This document shows positions 35,369 to 37,387 of a stretch of 37,387 bases of DNA, piece by piece. The notes beneath the pieces were generated by a model, which was not told the DNA's origin, made no database searches, and saw nothing but the letters and a program-made list of their open reading frames with translations. Each line of letters begins with the position of its first letter. Position 1 is the stretch's first letter. A program made the translations under genes and the position numbers. This DNA is from an uncultured Jannaschia sp. (lineage in GTDB: Bacteria; Pseudomonadota; Alphaproteobacteria; Rhodobacterales; Rhodobacteraceae), in NCBI GenBank assembly GCA_964589025.1, contig CAZPSB010000001.1:1-37387 (forward strand). The letters run 5' to 3'.

Positions 35369-36370
35369 TTAATTCAAGCGCGCCACAACATGGCGGGCCA
35401 GATCGGCCAATAGGGGTTTTAGCGCGTGATCGGGCAGGGCATCCAATGCGGTGATGGCCTCATGCGTCCAATATTGGGCCAGATCGCTGGTATATTGCAA
35501 ACTGTTGTGACGCGCCAATAGGGTTTGGGCGTGATCCAAATCATCATCGCCCTGCTGGCCTTTGGCAATGGTGCGATCCCAAAAGGCGTGTTCGGCCCGA
35601 TCGGCCTTTGAAATGGCGTGGATGATGGGCAGGGTCAATTTGCGTTCGCGGAAATCATCGCCGATATTTTTGCCAATCTGCGATGATACACCCCCCCAAT
35701 CCAGCACATCATCGACCATTTGAAAGGCCACGCCCAACCCATCACCATATCGGGCAAGGGCGGTAATTTCGGCTTCGGGGCGGTTGGCAATGACACCGCC
35801 CACCGCGCAGGCGGCCTCAAACAAGGCGGCGGTTTTGCCGCGCACAACCTGTAGATATGTGTCTTGGGTCGTGGCAATGTTGGTGGCCGAACTAAGTTGC
35901 AGAACCTCGCCCTCGGCAATGATGGCGGATGCGCCCGATAACATATCCAAAACCCGCAATGATTTGGTTTCCACCATCAATTTGAACGCCCGCGCAAACA
36001 GGTAATCGCCGACCAAGATGCTGGATTTATTATCCCATAGCAGATTGGCCGTGGGCCGCCCACGGCGTTTGTGGCTTTCATCGACCACATCATCATGCAG
36101 CAGCGTTGCGGTATGGATAAATTCAACCGTTGCGGCCAGTTTGTGGTGATCTAGCCCATCATACCCGCAGACCTGCGCACAGGCCAATGTCAGAAGGGGC
36201 CGAATGCGTTTGCCGCCCGCCCCCATCAGATGGGCGGTGACTTGGGGAATGCGCGGGGCATATTGCGATTCCATCCGGGTTTGGATCAGGGTGTTTACGG
36301 CCTTAAGATCATCTATCAGATGGTTGCGGATGTGATCCAGTGGGGTGATATGCGCGGGGTCATGGGCCAT
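35369..36370 (-). CDS. ispB: Long-chain polyprenyl diphosphate synthase (octaprenyl/decaprenyl type)
   Basis: Two Asp-rich motifs are present (LLHDDVVDESHKRRG and FQMVDDVLD). ATG 36370 gives 333 aa, whereas the track's start at 36457 adds an implausible Cys/Arg-rich extension. Confidence 0.92.
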   Translation of the reverse strand: MAHDPAHITPLDHIRNHLIDDLKAVNTLIQTRMESQYAPRIPQVTAHLMGAGGKRIRPLLTLACAQVCGYDGLDHHKLAATVEFIHTATLLHDDVVDESHKRRGRPTANLLWDNKSSILVGDYLFARAFKLMVETKSLRVLDMLSGASAIIAEGEVLQLSSATNIATTQDTYLQVVRGKTAALFEAACAVGGVIANRPEAEITALARYGDGLGVAFQMVDDVLDWGGVSSQIGKNIGDDFRERKLTLPIIHAISKADRAEHAFWDRTIAKGQQGDDDLDHAQTLLARHNSLQYTSDLAQYWTHEAITALDALPDHALKPLLADLARHVVARLN

Positions 36371-36426
36371 GGCGGGCGGTGTCCTTATTTCTCGACAAGG
36401 GGGGGTAAAGCCCCTAAATCTATGAC

Positions 36427-36642
36427 ATGCAAGAAATTCTGCGCAGCACCGATCCAACCGTCATTGCCTTTGCCTCGGCGCTTTTGTCGGGTGAGGATAT
36501 AGAGGTATTTGAAATGGACGTCCATATAAGCGCGCTAGAAGGATCCATCGGTATTTTCCCGCGCCGGTTATTTGTGGCCCGCCAAGATGCGTTTTTGGCC
36601 CGTTCCGTGTTGCGCGACAATGATTTACCGGTATCCGAGTGA
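36427..36642 (+). CDS. DUF2007 domain protein
   Basis: 71 aa. DPTVIAFASALLSGEDIEVFEMDVHISALEGSIGIFPRRLFV...A fits the DUF2007 pattern. Confidence 0.7.
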   Translation: MQEILRSTDPTVIAFASALLSGEDIEVFEMDVHISALEGSIGIFPRRLFVARQDAFLARSVLRDNDLPVSE

Positions 36643-37199
36643 CCGCATCTGACATCACATATGACGCCTTTTTGGGCGGTAAAATTCACATCCGCCAACC
36701 GCGCATTGGCTATCGCGCGGGGTCTGACCCGGTGGTTTTGGCCGCCGCCGTGGCCGCCCAATCGGGGCAAAGCGTGTTGGAATTGGGCTGTGGTGTGGGG
36801 GTGGCGTCGTTATGTTTGGCCCATCGTGTGCCGGGTTTGGCGCAGGCCGGGGTAGAACGGCAGGCCGATTATGCCGATTTGGCACGCGGCAATGCCATGG
36901 CCTTATCGGTGGATTTTGATGTTTTCACCGCCGATTTGGTCGATTTACCTGGTGATATCCGCGCGCGATCTTTTGATCATGTCATCGCCAACCCGCCGTT
37001 TTTTCCAACCGGGTCTGGCACGCAATCCGATAATGCGGGGCGCGATGCGGCCCTGCGCGAAGACACGCCTTTGGCGGTTTGGCTGGATGTTGCGCACCGT
37101 CGCCTTAAACCCAAAGGATGGATGACCATGATCAATCATATCACGCGATTGCCAGATATTTTGGCCCTGTGTGAAGGCAAATTTGGATCCATCACCGTT
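36639..37199 (+). CDS. SAM-dependent methyltransferase (small MTase, tRNA m6A37-type/NPPF family), 3' end replaced at a junction
   Basis: GTG overlaps the DUF2007 stop (GTGA). SAM motif LELGCGVG and catalytic IANPPFF are present. The normal C-terminal continuation is missing after ...GKFGSITV. The ORF is absent from the track because there is no stop before the window end. Confidence 0.75.
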
Positions 37200-37387
37200 A
37201 TGTATGGGATTCAAAATTTAATTAATGTGTTCATTCCATCAGGCTCAGCAAAAGCTGCTTTAACTATGCCACTTATGGCTCCATTTAGCGATATTGTTGG
37301 AATTTCGAGACAGGCAACAGTTGTGGCTTTTCAGTTTGGCGATGGATTTACAAATATGATTACTCCAACTTCGGGAGTACTAATTGG
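37200..37387 (+). CDS. Internal fragment of a YfcC/DcuC-superfamily transporter gene in low-GC foreign DNA (partial at both ends)
   Basis: The translation ...NLINVFIPSGSAKAALTMPLMAPFSDIVGISRQATVVAFQFGDGFTNMITPTSGVLI matches the conserved FIPSGSGQAA...APLADLVG..RQ..VLAFQFGDGF block of YfcC-family proteins as I remember it. Codon third positions switch to A/T-rich. Confidence 0.6.
   Translation, partial: MYGIQNLINVFIPSGSAKAALTMPLMAPFSDIVGISRQATVVAFQFGDGFTNMITPTSGVLI

Noticed and set aside
1-37387. Search for CRISPR arrays, IS elements or transposases, integrases, prophage genes, toxin-antitoxin pairs, tRNA/rRNA genes or a defence-island-like cluster.
   Set aside because: None was found by reading the ORF translations and intergenic regions. 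Apart from the last 188 nt, all gaps are under 300 nt and every sizeable ORF has a housekeeping-type assignment.

Overview
This is a densely packed, mostly housekeeping chromosomal segment from an alphaproteobacterium. Gene content and synteny look Rhodobacterales/roseobacter-like, and GC is moderate by eye (not computed). I support about 40 protein genes and found no rRNA, tRNA, CRISPR array, transposase, integrase or phage genes. Gene order: a ZitP-like zinc-ribbon protein, ftsE-ftsX-acyltransferase-PNPOx-like operon, DUF1801, accA, S49 peptidase plus a tiny zinc-ribbon membrane protein, Ca2+/Na+ antiporter, SDR, uvrC-pgsA-moaD-moaE, DUF1674, rsmB, purH, lspA, a DUF3035 lipoprotein, two M16 peptidases, mutL, rmuC and a Nu-class GST. 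Then comes the rpoE-chrR (ECF sigma / anti-sigma) pair, divergent from an FAD-oxidoreductase/DUF1365/SDR operon. After that: three tandem 8-stranded OMP paralogs, qor, DUF2834, ETF-ubiquinone oxidoreductase, a TPR protein, ispE, ispB, DUF2007 and a small methyltransferase. I do not see a convincing new multi-gene system such as a defence island. The most system-like locus is the sigma-E/ChrR singlet-oxygen module with its divergent fatty-acid-modification operon, and that is already described in Rhodobacter sphaeroides. The points most worth a second look are sequence anomalies. (1) ispE has a clean in-frame loss of the segment that normally carries the catalytic Asp. (2) rsmB has a 1-nt frameshift that removes its conserved C-terminus. 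(3) ChrR lacks both zinc-binding cysteines of the anti-sigma domain. (4) At about 37200 the sequence switches abruptly to low-GC DNA, with the methyltransferase ORF running in frame into an internal fragment of a YfcC-type transporter, which suggests a chimeric join. (5) The triplicated OMP array carries a near-identical terminator cassette on two copies. All family assignments come from reading the translations against remembered family motifs; no searches were run.
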